Shown: positions 44,097 to 52,757 of the stretch, piece by piece
How positions within the stretch are numbered: the first letter of the stretch is position 1
Layout of the letters: every line of letters begins with the position of its first letter
Virus record (IMG/VR): IMGVR_UViG_3300049015_000016
Location: 1-60,801 of that record
Strand: one strand, 5' to 3'
DNA: 60,801 bases
From: a virus
Translations under genes and position numbers: made by a program
Notes under the pieces: generated by a model
Told to the model about the DNA's origin: nothing
Database searches by the model: none
The model's input: the letters and a program-made list of their open reading frames with translations, nothing else

Positions 44097-45359
44097 ATGG
44101 CAGGCTTGGGATTGCTTTTCGCTGGCCTGTCTGGCGCCGGTAAAGCACTGGCGTCGTCCGCGCAGGAGGAACAGCGCGTCAACGACCAGATTCGTCTGGA
44201 CGAGGCGCGCGCCAAACTGGAAGAGGAGCGCGCACTGCGCATCGATGAGGCGAAGCGCCAGCGCGAACGCCAGGGCGCCATGCAGATGGGCCAGGACATC
44301 ACGGCGCAAACCGCGATGCTCCAGAACCAGCGCGATGCCGAATCGATCAACGCGAAGTACGGGTCGCAGATGACGGCCGCCGACGCGCAGGTGCTGCGCG
44401 ACAACCCGGAAGCGCGCAAGGCATACGGCCTGTTGGGCAGCACGCGCCAGGGTGACCTGGAAGACCGTGCTACTGCGGCCGAGCGACTGGGCTACCTGGA
44501 CGCGGCCCGCGAGACGCGCGGCCAGTTGCAGACGGAAGTGACGAACCAGCGGAACCAGCGCAACGACGAGAACGCCGACAAGCGACTGGAAGCGGAGCAG
44601 AAGTGGCGCGAGCGCACGGCGCAAATGGCCGAAAAACGCGAGGACCGCATGGCCCGTCTAGCAGAGGCTGATCTGGCGTTGCGCCGCGCGCAAGCGGCGA
44701 AGGCGGATAGCCGCGAGACGATGGCTGCTAAAAACGCAGCACGGCAAGCCACCGTGGAAGCGATGAAGGGATACGAGACGGAGATCAAACAGCTGGCCAA
44801 GGATGCTGCCGACCCGCTGCTGGCTCCAGAGCAGAAGCAGGTCATCCAGCAGCAGATCGAGGAAGCACGCCGACAAGCTGCCGCGCTGCGCCGCTCCCTG
44901 GCCGGCGCCGGTATCGAAGGCGGCGCTGCGCCGGACAAGCCGTTCAACCCTGCTGACTTCCCGCTGGCTGGTGCCAAATCTGGCACTTCCGGCGGCGAGC
45001 GCGTGGCCAACCCGTTCAGCGGTGGCGCCAGCAAAGAGGCGGGAAGCCGCGACGTGGCGCGCCTGACACCGGATGCGCAGCGTCGCCTCGACGAGGCCGA
45101 GCGGCGCGAACTGTCCGAGCGCGCGAAGCAGCAAGCCGAGGAATTCTCGCGCAAGAGCGCCGGCGGCAACCGGCTCCAGCAGCCCAAGTCACAGGGCGCT
45201 GGCGACATTGCGGCACTGGAGAAACGCTATCAGGAGGCGCTGACCCGGCTCGAGCGCGGCAAAAATATCGACGGTCCGCCGGGACTGAAGCTGCGAGCGG
45301 AAGCGGATGTCCGCGCCGCAAAGGCAGCACTCGACGAAGCAAAAGCAGCAGCGCGCTGA
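44097..45359 (+). CDS. Charged coiled-coil internal virion protein (putative)
   Basis: Start refined to MAGLGLLFAGL at 44097. The rest is highly charged and helical. Confidence 0.6.
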   Translation: MAGLGLLFAGLSGAGKALASSAQEEQRVNDQIRLDEARAKLEEERALRIDEAKRQRERQGAMQMGQDITAQTAMLQNQRDAESINAKYGSQMTAADAQVLRDNPEARKAYGLLGSTRQGDLEDRATAAERLGYLDAARETRGQLQTEVTNQRNQRNDENADKRLEAEQKWRERTAQMAEKREDRMARLAEADLALRRAQAAKADSRETMAAKNAARQATVEAMKGYETEIKQLAKDAADPLLAPEQKQVIQQQIEEARRQAAALRRSLAGAGIEGGAAPDKPFNPADFPLAGAKSGTSGGERVANPFSGGASKEAGSRDVARLTPDAQRRLDEAERRELSERAKQQAEEFSRKSAGGNRLQQPKSQGAGDIAALEKRYQEALTRLERGKNIDGPPGLKLRAEADVRAAKAALDEAKAAAR

Positions 45360-45419
45360 CGCACGCAATCCGGTGCGCCAGCGGTACGAAGCAGTACCAA
45401 CCCAACGACACGAGAACCC

Positions 45420-48400
45420 ATGAGCCTCGATTTTGACTACCAAGCAGCACGCGCCGCCGGCTACTCCGACGACGCAATCCTGGACGGCCTGCAGCGTGCG
45501 GGCCGTTTGTCTTTCGACCTGGACGCAGCGAAGAAGCGCGGGTACTCCGCAGCCGAGATCCTGCAAACTATGTATGGCGGCGCCAGCAGCGCGCCGGCGC
45601 CTGCGCAGGAACCGGAATCGACCAGCCTGCTGCGCCGAGCCGGCGACGTCGGCATCTCCGCGCTGAAGGGCGTCATCGGCGTGCCGGAGGCACTGGTGGG
45701 CCTGGCCGACATTCCGACGGGCGGCGCCGCCGGCCGCGCTGCTGAGTCGCTGGGCATGAAGTTCCGCGAGTCGAAGGAACTGCTGTCGGACCTGTACTCG
45801 CCGGCGCAGAAGGCCGCGAACCAGAAGGTGGCCGACGCGCGCGGCTTCGTGGATACCGCCGGCGCCATGCTGTCGAACCCGTCGACGATCGCGCAGACGG
45901 CGGTGGAATCCCTGCCGTCGATGGGCCTGGGCGGCGCGCTCGGCCGCGGCGCGCTGGCGCTGGCACCGAAGCTGGGCGCCGTTGGCGCAGCAGCGTTTGG
46001 CGAGGGTGCGGTGGGCGCCGGCAGCGCGGCGGAACAGACGCGCCAGCAGTCTGGCGGCGACCTGTCGCTGGGCCAGGCTGGCGCCGCGCTGGCATCCGGT
46101 ATCGGCACGGGCATCTTCGGCGCCGTGGGCGGGCGCATCGCGCAGAAGCTGGGTATCAGCGACATCGACACCGCGCTGGTGCAGGCGGGTGCGCCGGCCG
46201 GCAGCACGAAAGGCGTCATCCGCCGCATGATCGAGGGTGGCGTGTCGGAAGGCGTGTTCGAAGAGCTGCCGCAGTCGATGCAGGAGCAAATCTGGCAGAA
46301 CGCCGCCATGGGCAAGCCGCTGCTGGAAGGCGTGGGCGAGAATGCGGCGCAAGGCCTGATCGCTGGCGGCCTGTTCGGCGGCGTCGCCGGCGGCGTGCTG
46401 CGCGGCAAAACGAACCAGCCAGAACAAACAGGACAGCCGGAACAGCAGCCCGGCCAGGCACCGCTGCTGACCAACACGCCAGACCCGTTCATCTCGTTCC
46501 CGGACGGCTCCGTCGGCCGCCAGTCGGACGTCGATGCATTCCTGAACAGCATGCCGGAGAGCGACCGCGCCACCGCGCGCGCACGGCTGTATGGCTACGC
46601 GCCGGAGGAAGTTCCAGCGCCGACACCCGCTGACGTGCTGAACGCCGGCAGCGTCGACGAGGCGATCGCCACTGCGGCCGAGGCCGTGGCCGGCAGCACG
46701 CCGGACATGATGGCCGCGCGCGACGCGCAGATCGATGCCGCATGGAGCACGTTCATCCGCGAGCGCGCCACGCAGCGACAGGCTGAATTCGACGCCGCCG
46801 AGCAGCAGCGCCGCGAGGCGGACGTGCCGTCCATGCAGGCGCAGCAGGCGGACCAGCAGGTCGAGCAGGCTGCCGCGCTGACGTCGGCGCAGGGCTTCGA
46901 CGAGCCGGCGCCGACGGCGATGCAGATGGCCATGCAGGAGGCGCAGGCCAAGCGCCAGGCGGCGCTCGCCGCGGCAACGCAGCGCAGCGCCATGACACAA
47001 CCCACCGACGCAGGAGTAGCCGATGTCCCGCCAGTCCCTGCTGACGCTGTTGCACCTGCACCTGCTGGAGCGCCAGATATCGCTGCTGGAGCAGCACAAC
47101 CTGCGCCTGCTGTCGCTGCTGGGCAGCCAGCAGCCAACGCCAGCGCAGCACCTGCTGGCCGAGCTGCGGCCGCACCGGAAACCCTGACGCGGGCCCGCGA
47201 GATTCTGTCCGCCGCCGGCGTCACCGGCAACGAGCGCATGGCCGCGCTGCGCGCCATCCGCACGGGCGAGAACACGCTGGACGACCTGATCGACGCACAC
47301 CCACCGAAGGAGATCACGAATGCAACCGCACCAGGACCAGAAGCAGCAGGAGCAGGAATTCGAAATGTCAGCGGAGCGCGCGATGAAACTTCTGTGGCAG
47401 TACAACGGGGTGCCGAAGTGCCAATGCAAGGCGCTGAAGGGGCTGATACTCGTGGGACATCCGCTGCCGGAGCGGATGCACGACCTGCTGGAGAAAGTGT
47501 GGCTGATGCAGTTGCGCCGGCCAGCACGCCCCAACTGATCGACGACGCGCCGCTGGCGTCCGCCGCGCCGCGCACCGCCGAAACGCTGGGCGACGTGCGC
47601 GCCGCGTGGGATGCAGCCGGCATCAAGAACTTCATCAGCGAGCGCGGCGACAAGATCAACTTGGCGCAGATCGTCGTGCCGCAGTCCGCGCGAGGCGCTG
47701 GCGCTGGCACGCGCGCGATGCAGCAGCTGGTCGAGTACGCGGACCGCACCGGCAAGACCGTGACACTCACGCCGTCGGCGGACTTCGGCGGCACGAAATC
47801 GCGGCTGGTCGAGTTCTACAAACGGTTCGGCTTCGTCGAGAACAAGGGGCGCACGCGCGATCCCGAGATCAGTGAGGCGATGTACCGACCGGCCACGGAC
47901 AATGCCCGCTCCAGCACGGCGCCAGCCGAAGACGGATTTCCGGCATCGCTCGATCAGCGCGGTATGTCCGCCGCCGATGTCACCCGCGCCATCACCCGCC
48001 TGCGCGCGAAGTGGGCCGGCTTCACGCAGGTGGAAGTCATGCAGTCCGTCGACGACCTGCCGGCCGACGTGCGCGAGCGCGCCGGCGCGGACCAGGGCAC
48101 CGAGGGCCTGTACGATCCACGCAGGGCCCGCGTGTACCTGATCGCCGAGAACATCGCGACGCCCGAGCGCGCGGCCTGGGTCGCAGCGCACGAGGTTGTC
48201 GGCCACGGCGGCCTGCGCATGCTCAACGACAAGTCGGTCAGCGACGCGCTGAAGCTGGCCGGCGCCAACCGGTTCGTGCGCGAGCTGGGCGCGGCCATCG
48301 CGAAGGATCGCGGCGGTGACCTGTCGACGAACATCCAGGTCGAGGAGGCCGTGGCCGAGATCGCAGCGGCAACGGAAGCCGACGACTTCGATGCGCTGGC

Positions 48401-51400
48401 CGAGCGCTACGGCGTCGCGGTCCCGGCCGCCGCGCGCAACGGCGTTCGCGGTGTCGCGGCGCGCGTGCTGGACGCGGTGCGCCGGTTCCTGGCCGCGATT
48501 ACCGGCCGCCCTGTGGCCGACGTGTCGGACGCAGACGTGCGCGGGCTGGTCGCCCAGCAGCAGGCCGCTGTCGAGGGTCGCGGCGCGAACGCGTCGCAGC
48601 CGGGCGCCGAGCCTGCGCTGGCCTCCGTACCGCCTGCTTCTGATCGGACGATCGAGGTTGACGGCGAGCGCCGGCCCGTCACGGACAGCACGGGCAAGTT
48701 GGTGGCGCAGGACATGAACAAGCAGCTGGCCTTTTACAAATGGTTCGGCGACAGCAAGGTCGTGGACAAGGAGGGCCGGCCGCTGGTGGTCTACCACGGC
48801 ACGACCGCAGATGTTGAAGCATTCAACCCAGCCTTCTCCGGCTCCGATGGTGTGGGCTATAGCGTGCCGGCATTTTTCGCAACATCCGATAAGGCGCTCG
48901 CATCTGATTACGCGAACAACAAATTCAACCGCAATATCGCCGATGCCATGCGTGCGATGCAGCAGTACAAGAACGAAAATCCTGGCGAATACGGCGACGA
49001 GTACGAAGCCAAATACCAAGCCGTCAAAGACGCATTCAAAACGGTCAAGGATGGCCGCGAAACTGGTGGCGGCGCCAATGTCATACCAATGTATATGGCG
49101 ATCAAGAAGCCTTTGGTGATCGATGCAATGGGCAAGCGGTTTATGCAGGTAATGCCGGATGCTGTTGCCCGCGTAGTGGCTGAGGGATATGACGGCGCGA
49201 TCGTGCACAACGTCATTGATCACGCATCGCCAGCCAGCGAATATCCGGCCTCGGTTTATTTTGCGATGAAGCCCGAGCAGATCAAGTCGGCCATCGGCAA
49301 CGCCGGCACGTTCGACCCGAACGATGCCGACATCCGCGCCAGCCGCGCGCCGGCCGCACCGCAGAACCCGGCCGGCGAAGAGCGCATCCCGAAATGGGCC
49401 GCCGACCTGACGCCCGAGCAGCAGGCCGCGCTGCGCAAGTCCGGCGCGATCTACACCGAGAAGACCATGCGCCAGAAGGTGGCCGAGCTGAAAGAGGGCG
49501 CGCTGAAGAAGCTGCAATACGGCATCCTCGACCAGTTCGCCCCGATCAAGGATCAGCTGGGCAAGGTGCCGTACATGCACGCGCGGCTCGCGAAGGCGGC
49601 CGACGGCACGCTGGAGGCGATGATGCTGTACGGCCGCCCGCACCTGGATGCCGACGGCGGCATGCTGGTCGACACCACGAAGAAAGGGTTCGTCGAGACG
49701 ATGCGCCAGCTGGACGGCGAGCACGACCGTTTCTTCTCCTGGCTGGCCGGCAAGCGCGCCGCGCAGCTGAAGAAGGAGGGCCGCGAAAACCTGTTCACCG
49801 ACCAGGACATCAGCGCGCTGGCGACGCTGAACCAGGGCACGATGAAGGACGGCAGCAGCCGCGAGGCGGCGTACCTGCGCGCGCAGAAGGACGTGGCCGA
49901 ACTGAACAAGTCCGTGCTGGATATCGCCGAGAAGTCCGGGCTGATCGACGCCGAATCGCGCAAGGTGTGGCAGAGCGATTTCTACGTGCCGTTCTACCGC
50001 GTGATGGAGGAGGGTATCACCGGTCCGTCCGTGAAGTCCGGGCTGGTCAACCAGAAGTCGATCAAGAAGCTGAAGGGCGGCACCAACAACCTGGGCGACC
50101 TGACACAGAACATGCTGATGAACTGGTCGACGCTGCTGACGGCCAGCGCCAAGAACCGCGCGGCGAAGGCGTCGCTGGATGTGGCCGTCGGACTGGGCGT
50201 GGCCAGCGAGGCGCCAGAATCGACGCTCAAGGCCATGGCCAAGTCGGCGAAGACGCGCGCCGTGTCCTACATGGAGGACGGCACGAACCGCTGGTTCATC
50301 GTCGAGGACGACAACCTGCTGGCCGCGATCAGCGCACTGGAGTTCAACGGCTACAACAACCAGGCCATGAAGGTGATGTCGACCTTCAAGAACTGGCTGA
50401 CGCGGGCCATCACGATCAGCCCGTACTTCAAGGTGCGCAACCTGATCCGCGATTCGCTGTCGGTGATCGCCGTGTCCGAGGCCGACTACAACGTGCTGAA
50501 GAACTGGAAGACCGGCGCGTCGCTGCTGCGCAACAAGGACGAGATGGCGCAGATGGTCGCCGGCGGCGGCATCTTCCGCTTCGGCACGCACATGGAGGGC
50601 AACCGCGGCGAGAACGTTAAACGCCTGATCGACGACGGCATCCCCGACGACACCGTGCTGAACACGGCCGAGAAGATGGCCAAGTTCACCCGCAAGCTGT
50701 ACATGGCCTACGAGCAGGTGGGCGACCTGTCCGAAAACCTGAACCGCGCCGCGCTCTACAAGAAGCTGCGCGACGAGGGACGGTCGCACCTGGAGGCGTC
50801 ATTCGAGGCGCGCGACCTGATGGACTTCGGCCTGTCCGGCGCCTGGGCCGGCGTGCGCGCGCTGAACCAGATCCTGCCGTTCTTCAACGCCAGGCTGCAG
50901 GGCCTGTACAAGCTGGGCCGCGGCTACAACGACGACCCGAAGCGCATGGCCTACGTGGTGGGCGCGCTGGCGCTGGCGACGATCGCGCTGTCGGCTGCGT
51001 TCAAGGACGACGACGACTTCAAGAAGCGCAGCGACTCGGACCGCGCGAACTACTGGTGGTTCAAGGTGGGCGGCATCGCCTACCGGATCCCGAAACCGTT
51101 CGAGATCGGCGCGGCCGCGACGGCGATCGACGAGCTGTTCGCCTTGTGGTACGACAGCGAGAACACGAACGGCGAGCGCTTCGCCCACCAGATGGGGGAG
51201 CTGATCAACGGGCAGCTGGCGATGAACCCGATCCCCCAGGTGTTCCGCCCCCTGATCGACGTCTACGCCAACAAGGACGCGTTCAGCGGCCGGCCGATCG
51301 AATCGATGGCGATGCAGCGCCTGCGGCCGGAGGACCGCTACACCAGCAACACGTCCGAGTTGGCGCGCCTGCTGTCGAAAGCCGGCGTGCTGGTGGACCC

Positions 51401-51914
51401 GGTCAGCCTGGTCGCCGGCACGGGCGTGAAGCAGCTCTCGCCGGTCCAGATCGATTCGCTGATCAAGGGCTACTTCGCTGGCGTTGGCGTGCTGGCGGTG
51501 TCGGCGGCCGACGGCCTGCTGCACCACACGCTGATCGACCGCGGCGCGGCGCTGCCGATCCCACTGCGCACGCTGACCGGGTCGTTCGCGGAAGAGTTGC
51601 CGACGAACAGCAGCCGCTACGTGGACATGCTCTACAAGACGGCGCAGGACGTCGAGCAGACGTACGCCAGCTACCAGAACGCGATCAAGACCGGCGACAT
51701 CGAGAAGGCGCGCGGCATCGCCGAGAGCGAGCGCGAGACGCTGGCCAAGTACCACATGGTCGAGTCGTTGAAGAAAAACGAGACGCGCATCGGGCAGATC
51801 ATCCAGCGCGTGCGCGACGACAAGGTCATGACGGGGGAACAGAAGGAAGAGCAGATCCGGCGCCTGAAGATCGTCCAGGACCGGATCGCCCGGCAGCTCG
51901 TCACAGGTAAGTGA
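45420..51914 (+). CDS. Giant polyvalent virion protein (2164 aa): GNAT-like + HExxH zincin + ART-like + large conserved C-terminal region
   Basis: GNAT motif QSARGAGAGTRAMQQL...FYKRFGF (about 47590-47880). AAHEVVGHGG (about 48184-48210). VVYHGTTADVEAF...FFATSDKALASDYA (about 48780-49270). A single open frame throughout. Confidence 0.8.
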   Translation: MSLDFDYQAARAAGYSDDAILDGLQRAGRLSFDLDAAKKRGYSAAEILQTMYGGASSAPAPAQEPESTSLLRRAGDVGISALKGVIGVPEALVGLADIPTGGAAGRAAESLGMKFRESKELLSDLYSPAQKAANQKVADARGFVDTAGAMLSNPSTIAQTAVESLPSMGLGGALGRGALALAPKLGAVGAAAFGEGAVGAGSAAEQTRQQSGGDLSLGQAGAALASGIGTGIFGAVGGRIAQKLGISDIDTALVQAGAPAGSTKGVIRRMIEGGVSEGVFEELPQSMQEQIWQNAAMGKPLLEGVGENAAQGLIAGGLFGGVAGGVLRGKTNQPEQTGQPEQQPGQAPLLTNTPDPFISFPDGSVGRQSDVDAFLNSMPESDRATARARLYGYAPEEVPAPTPADVLNAGSVDEAIATAAEAVAGSTPDMMAARDAQIDAAWSTFIRERATQRQAEFDAAEQQRREADVPSMQAQQADQQVEQAAALTSAQGFDEPAPTAMQMAMQEAQAKRQAALAAATQRSAMTQPTDAGVADVPPVPADAVAPAPAGAPDIAAGAAQPAPAVAAGQPAANASAAPAGRAAAAPETLTRAREILSAAGVTGNERMAALRAIRTGENTLDDLIDAHPPKEITNATAPGPEAAGAGIRNVSGARDETSVAVQRGAEVPMQGAEGADTRGTSAAGADARPAGESVADAVAPASTPQLIDDAPLASAAPRTAETLGDVRAAWDAAGIKNFISERGDKINLAQIVVPQSARGAGAGTRAMQQLVEYADRTGKTVTLTPSADFGGTKSRLVEFYKRFGFVENKGRTRDPEISEAMYRPATDNARSSTAPAEDGFPASLDQRGMSAADVTRAITRLRAKWAGFTQVEVMQSVDDLPADVRERAGADQGTEGLYDPRRARVYLIAENIATPERAAWVAAHEVVGHGGLRMLNDKSVSDALKLAGANRFVRELGAAIAKDRGGDLSTNIQVEEAVAEIAAATEADDFDALAERYGVAVPAAARNGVRGVAARVLDAVRRFLAAITGRPVADVSDADVRGLVAQQQAAVEGRGANASQPGAEPALASVPPASDRTIEVDGERRPVTDSTGKLVAQDMNKQLAFYKWFGDSKVVDKEGRPLVVYHGTTADVEAFNPAFSGSDGVGYSVPAFFATSDKALASDYANNKFNRNIADAMRAMQQYKNENPGEYGDEYEAKYQAVKDAFKTVKDGRETGGGANVIPMYMAIKKPLVIDAMGKRFMQVMPDAVARVVAEGYDGAIVHNVIDHASPASEYPASVYFAMKPEQIKSAIGNAGTFDPNDADIRASRAPAAPQNPAGEERIPKWAADLTPEQQAALRKSGAIYTEKTMRQKVAELKEGALKKLQYGILDQFAPIKDQLGKVPYMHARLAKAADGTLEAMMLYGRPHLDADGGMLVDTTKKGFVETMRQLDGEHDRFFSWLAGKRAAQLKKEGRENLFTDQDISALATLNQGTMKDGSSREAAYLRAQKDVAELNKSVLDIAEKSGLIDAESRKVWQSDFYVPFYRVMEEGITGPSVKSGLVNQKSIKKLKGGTNNLGDLTQNMLMNWSTLLTASAKNRAAKASLDVAVGLGVASEAPESTLKAMAKSAKTRAVSYMEDGTNRWFIVEDDNLLAAISALEFNGYNNQAMKVMSTFKNWLTRAITISPYFKVRNLIRDSLSVIAVSEADYNVLKNWKTGASLLRNKDEMAQMVAGGGIFRFGTHMEGNRGENVKRLIDDGIPDDTVLNTAEKMAKFTRKLYMAYEQVGDLSENLNRAALYKKLRDEGRSHLEASFEARDLMDFGLSGAWAGVRALNQILPFFNARLQGLYKLGRGYNDDPKRMAYVVGALALATIALSAAFKDDDDFKKRSDSDRANYWWFKVGGIAYRIPKPFEIGAAATAIDELFALWYDSENTNGERFAHQMGELINGQLAMNPIPQVFRPLIDVYANKDAFSGRPIESMAMQRLRPEDRYTSNTSELARLLSKAGVLVDPVSLVAGTGVKQLSPVQIDSLIKGYFAGVGVLAVSAADGLLHHTLIDRGAALPIPLRTLTGSFAEELPTNSSRYVDMLYKTAQDVEQTYASYQNAIKTGDIEKARGIAESERETLAKYHMVESLKKNETRIGQIIQRVRDDKVMTGEQKEEQIRRLKIVQDRIARQLVTGK
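47023..47187 (+). CDS. Nested +1-frame ORF (54 aa, Leu-zipper-like) inside the giant gene
   Basis: AGGAG lies 6 nt upstream of the ATG. Third positions are G/C-rich in this frame but not in frame 0. MSRQSLLTLLHLHLLERQISLLEQHNLRLLSLLGSQQ... Confidence 0.4.
   Translation: MSRQSLLTLLHLHLLERQISLLEQHNLRLLSLLGSQQPTPAQHLLAELRPHRKP
47320..47538 (+). CDS. Nested +1-frame ORF (72 aa) inside the giant gene
   Basis: GGAG lies 7 nt upstream of the ATG. Third positions are G/C-rich in this frame, while frame 0 is A/T3-rich and low-complexity here. Confidence 0.45.
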   Translation: MQPHQDQKQQEQEFEMSAERAMKLLWQYNGVPKCQCKALKGLILVGHPLPERMHDLLEKVWLMQLRRPARPN

Positions 51915-52074
51915 CGTAGCCCTGATTCGAGGCGTTGAGGATGCTGGCCGTCAAGATCGATCCGATGGCCAGCAGCCAGACCGTCCAGAACCATTGCTGC
52001 CGCTGTTTGCGGGTGGTGACCGTGTAGAAGGCGGCGACGACGGCCCACGTCAGCCAGAAAAGTAGGGTTCCCAT
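51901..52074 (-). CDS. Small two-TM membrane protein (57 aa), convergent with and overlapping the 3' end of the giant gene
   Basis: MGTLLFWLTWAVVAAFYTVTTRKQRQQWFWTVWLLAIGSILTASILNASNQGYVTYL. G/C-rich third positions. Below the track cut-off. Confidence 0.55.
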   Translation of the reverse strand: MGTLLFWLTWAVVAAFYTVTTRKQRQQWFWTVWLLAIGSILTASILNASNQGYVTYL

Positions 52075-52139
52075 GCACAAATTATAGGCGCGTCGAAAAT
52101 ATCCTCACAGTAATTTCTGCTCGGCTGTTGCTGATAAAA

Positions 52140-52161
52140 TACGCGACAGGAAATATTTTTC
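52140..52161 (-). promoter_or_regulatory. Conserved 22-nt element, copy 1 (minus orientation)
   Basis: The reverse complement GAAAAATATTTCCTGTCGCGTA matches 55191-55212 at 20 of 22 positions. It lies upstream of the minus-strand gene 51901..52074. Confidence 0.6.
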
Positions 52162-52193
52162 CTCGGAACCCTAACTTTTACAAAGGAATCAAC

Positions 52194-52289
52194 ATGCAGA
52201 AGATCCTGACTGCGACCGGCGCGGGCGGCGGCAAACAGAAGCCGCCCACCGAGCAGCAGAAGTCCACCTCCCCGACGAAGAAGAAATGA
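52194..52289 (+). CDS. Lys-rich 31-aa peptide (tentative)
   Basis: AAGGAA lies 5 nt upstream. ATGA overlap with the next ORF. Confidence 0.35.
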   Translation: MQKILTATGAGGGKQKPPTEQQKSTSPTKKK

Positions 52290-52714
52290 ACGGTTGGCGC
52301 GCCAGGTTGTTGCTGTGCCTGCTGCTGTGGCTGTCCATGCAGCTGCATGCGGTGGCTGTAGCCGGCGTGCCGAACACACCGCAGGGCATGCTCGCGTTCC
52401 ACGGGAGCGCGGCGGCCCTTGATGTAGTCCTGACATGCAGCGCGCATTTCCTCGTATCGGGGCGCCTGTGCGACGACATGGAGAACCTGTGCCTGTTCTC
52501 CGCTGTCGGTAACGCGCTCGGATGGGCGCTCTACCTGGCCTCAACCTCGCCAGTGTTTTACAACACTTTCATGTGGGGTTTGAGTTATGTGCAATGGGGC
52601 CGGCTTTTATACGTGGACCGTAACGATGCTGATGCTGATCATTCAGGGGTCGATCTGGTTCGCCTGGCTGATCGCATTCGCGGTCACCTTTATTTTGGAA
52701 AGGCGATTACGTGA
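52286..52714 (+). CDS. Hypothetical secreted/membrane protein (3' extent uncertain)
   Basis: Signal-like N-terminus MNGWRARLLLCLLLWLSMQLHA. G/C richness at third positions falls off after about 52560. Confidence 0.4.
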   Translation: MNGWRARLLLCLLLWLSMQLHAVAVAGVPNTPQGMLAFHGSAAALDVVLTCSAHFLVSGRLCDDMENLCLFSAVGNALGWALYLASTSPVFYNTFMWGLSYVQWGRLLYVDRNDADADHSGVDLVRLADRIRGHLYFGKAIT

Positions 52715-52757
52715 ACGCCGAAAACATCACCGAGGCGGCCGTGAACGCCGCAAGTAA
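52587..52757 (+). CDS. Small TM protein with highly basic C-terminus (holin/antiholin-like, tentative)
   Basis: MCNGAGFYTWTVTMLMLIIQGSIWFAWLIAFAVTFILERRLRERRKHHRGGRERRK. This is an alternative frame to the tail of 52286..52714 and has better third-position G/C richness. Confidence 0.35.
   Translation: MCNGAGFYTWTVTMLMLIIQGSIWFAWLIAFAVTFILERRLRERRKHHRGGRERRK

Noticed and set aside
47185-47322. Multiple programmed frameshifts (0 to +1 to 0 to +1 to 0) to explain the frame-composition switches in the giant gene.
   Set aside because: This would need four shifts with no obvious slippery sites, and frame 0 is uninterrupted anyway. It is kept only as a minor alternative under the nested-ORF finding.
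45189-50789. 1866-aa minus-strand ORF antisense to the giant gene. Similar long antisense or off-frame ORFs include 29436..32192, 36328..38334, 3587..4900, 10149..11195 and 14066..15463.
   Set aside because: Their translations are Arg/Ala/Gly/His-rich low-complexity sequence. They lie opposite or out of frame to ORFs with clear motifs and G/C-rich third positions. Long shadow ORFs are expected in DNA that is about 65% GC because stop codons are rare.
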